DNA from: Flavobacteriales bacterium | GTDB lineage: Bacteria; Bacteroidota; Bacteroidia; Flavobacteriales_D; Sanyastnellaceae | Assembly (NCBI GenBank): GCA_002862785.1 | Contig: PKDZ01000015.1 | Location: 13,716 to 77,715 of the forward strand | DNA: 64,000 bases | Direction: 5' to 3' | Shown: piece after piece, positions 63,151 to 64,000 of the stretch | Layout: each line of letters begins with the position of its first letter | How positions within the stretch are numbered: position 1 is the stretch's first letter | Program-made: the position numbers and the translations under genes | Notes under the pieces: generated by a model | Told to the model about the DNA's origin: nothing | What the model saw: the letters and a program-made list of their open reading frames with translations, nothing else | Databases searched by the model: none

Positions 63151-64000
63151 TCAGTGGCGATCCGTCCAGAAGTCGAGAAGGGTGATTCGCGGCTGCAGGA
63201 CTCCTCGATAGCATTCCGTTTCCACGCGGAAGACGACATCCACGGACTCGGCGGCGGCGAGAGCAGCGTGCCGGTGGCCCATGCCAAATCCGACGGAATC
63301 GAGAGAACGTCCCTCTCCGGCATCCATGGACAGCCTCAGATGACGGCCTTCCTGTCCGACCTGACGTGGGGCTTTCGTCAGCCGCACATCCCGAGAGAGG
63401 AAGACAGGTGCCGGCGACCCCGGGCCGAAGGGTTCAAATTTCCGCAGACGGCGCAGGAGGTCGGGTGTGCATTGGGCAATGGAGACCTCCATGTCATAAT
63501 GGCGGGGTTCCCTCTTGCTCACGGAGGCCAGCTCACGCCCCACCACCACATCGAGCGCTTGGGCGAAGGCTTCAGCGGAGTCCGGCTTGACTGTGATTCC
63601 GGCCGCCATGGCATGTCCACCATATTGGATCAGGTGCTCCTTGCATTCTCGAATGAGGGCGTGGATGTCCAATCCCGGGGTCGACCGGGCACTGCCCACC
63701 AAGACGCCGTTGTCGTCACTGATGACGATGCTGGGCCGATAGCGGTGTTCGATGAGACGCGTGGCCACAATTCCAATGACGCCTCGGTGCCAATTTTGGC
63801 CCCAGACGATGTTGATGTGCTGGAATTGGGGGCGTTTGGCGAGTTGCTGAATCGCGGCCGCCGTGACTTGTTCGTCGTAAGACCGCCGGATGTTGTTCAG
63901 CCGGTCCAGGTTCATGGCCAGCTCGGCGGCGCGTTGCTCGTTGCGTGCGGTCAGCAAATCAACGGCCTCTGTGGCCCGGGACATCCGTCCGGCCGCGTTG
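63151..64000 (-). CDS. recJ: Single-stranded-DNA-specific exonuclease RecJ, C-terminal part (N-terminus beyond the window end)
   Basis: The frame is open to nt 64000 (..NAAGRMSRATEAVDLL). Contains WHRGVIGIVATRL and GGHAMAAGIT (DHHA1), plus the C-terminal OB-like region. Confidence 0.9.
   Translation of the reverse strand, partial: NAAGRMSRATEAVDLLTARNEQRAAELAMNLDRLNNIRRSYDEQVTAAAIQQLAKRPQFQHINIVWGQNWHRGVIGIVATRLIEHRYRPSIVISDDNGVLVGSARSTPGLDIHALIRECKEHLIQYGGHAMAAGITVKPDSAEAFAQALDVVVGRELASVSKREPRHYDMEVSIAQCTPDLLRRLRKFEPFGPGSPAPVFLSRDVRLTKAPRQVGQEGRHLRLSMDAGEGRSLDSVGFGMGHRHAALAAAESVDVVFRVETECYRGVLQPRITLLDFWTDRH

Overview
The window is GC-rich, very tightly packed chromosomal DNA. I assign it to a Bacteroidota-type organism on four grounds:
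- T9SS type A and type B C-terminal sorting domains.
- PorP/SprF genes.
- SprB-type repeats.
- Exact TAnnTTTG -7 promoter motifs upstream of lepA, lysS and prs.

All calls rest on reading the translated ORFs and the DNA by eye. No database search was run, and family names are motif recognition from memory.

**Housekeeping genes (most of the window).** hemW, rsmI, radA, lepA, rlmN, lipB, lysS, miaE, pepP-like, rnr, feoA/feoB, dut, hppD, hmgA, ispB-like, yicC, gmk, nadD, pth, rplY, prs, dnaG and a recJ fragment. Many of them are joined by 4-nt ATGA start/stop overlaps.

**Accessory-looking content.**
- A co-directional block at 3159-11173 holds two 'T9SS type B cargo then PorP/SprF' modules. One cargo is a 1705-aa SprB-repeat adhesin.
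- A third type B cargo of 1214 aa (14139-17783) has a NIDO (nidogen)-like N-terminal domain and no adjacent PorP/SprF.
- A tRNA cluster (Met-CAT, Val-CAC, Arg-CCT, Val-GAC) is interrupted by a flippase + sulfotransferase pair.

**Best candidate for something undescribed.** Between tRNA-Met and tRNA-Val lies a diverged ~320-bp tandem duplication. Each unit carries a copy of the tRNA-Met T-arm/acceptor 3' half on the plus strand and a 45-codon minus-strand ORF. The ORFs encode single EF-hand/dockerin-loop micro-proteins whose codon differences look like protein-level purifying selection.

I saw no CRISPR array, integrase, transposase, prophage or recognisable defence system. The many long antisense ORFs in the track are high-GC artefacts.
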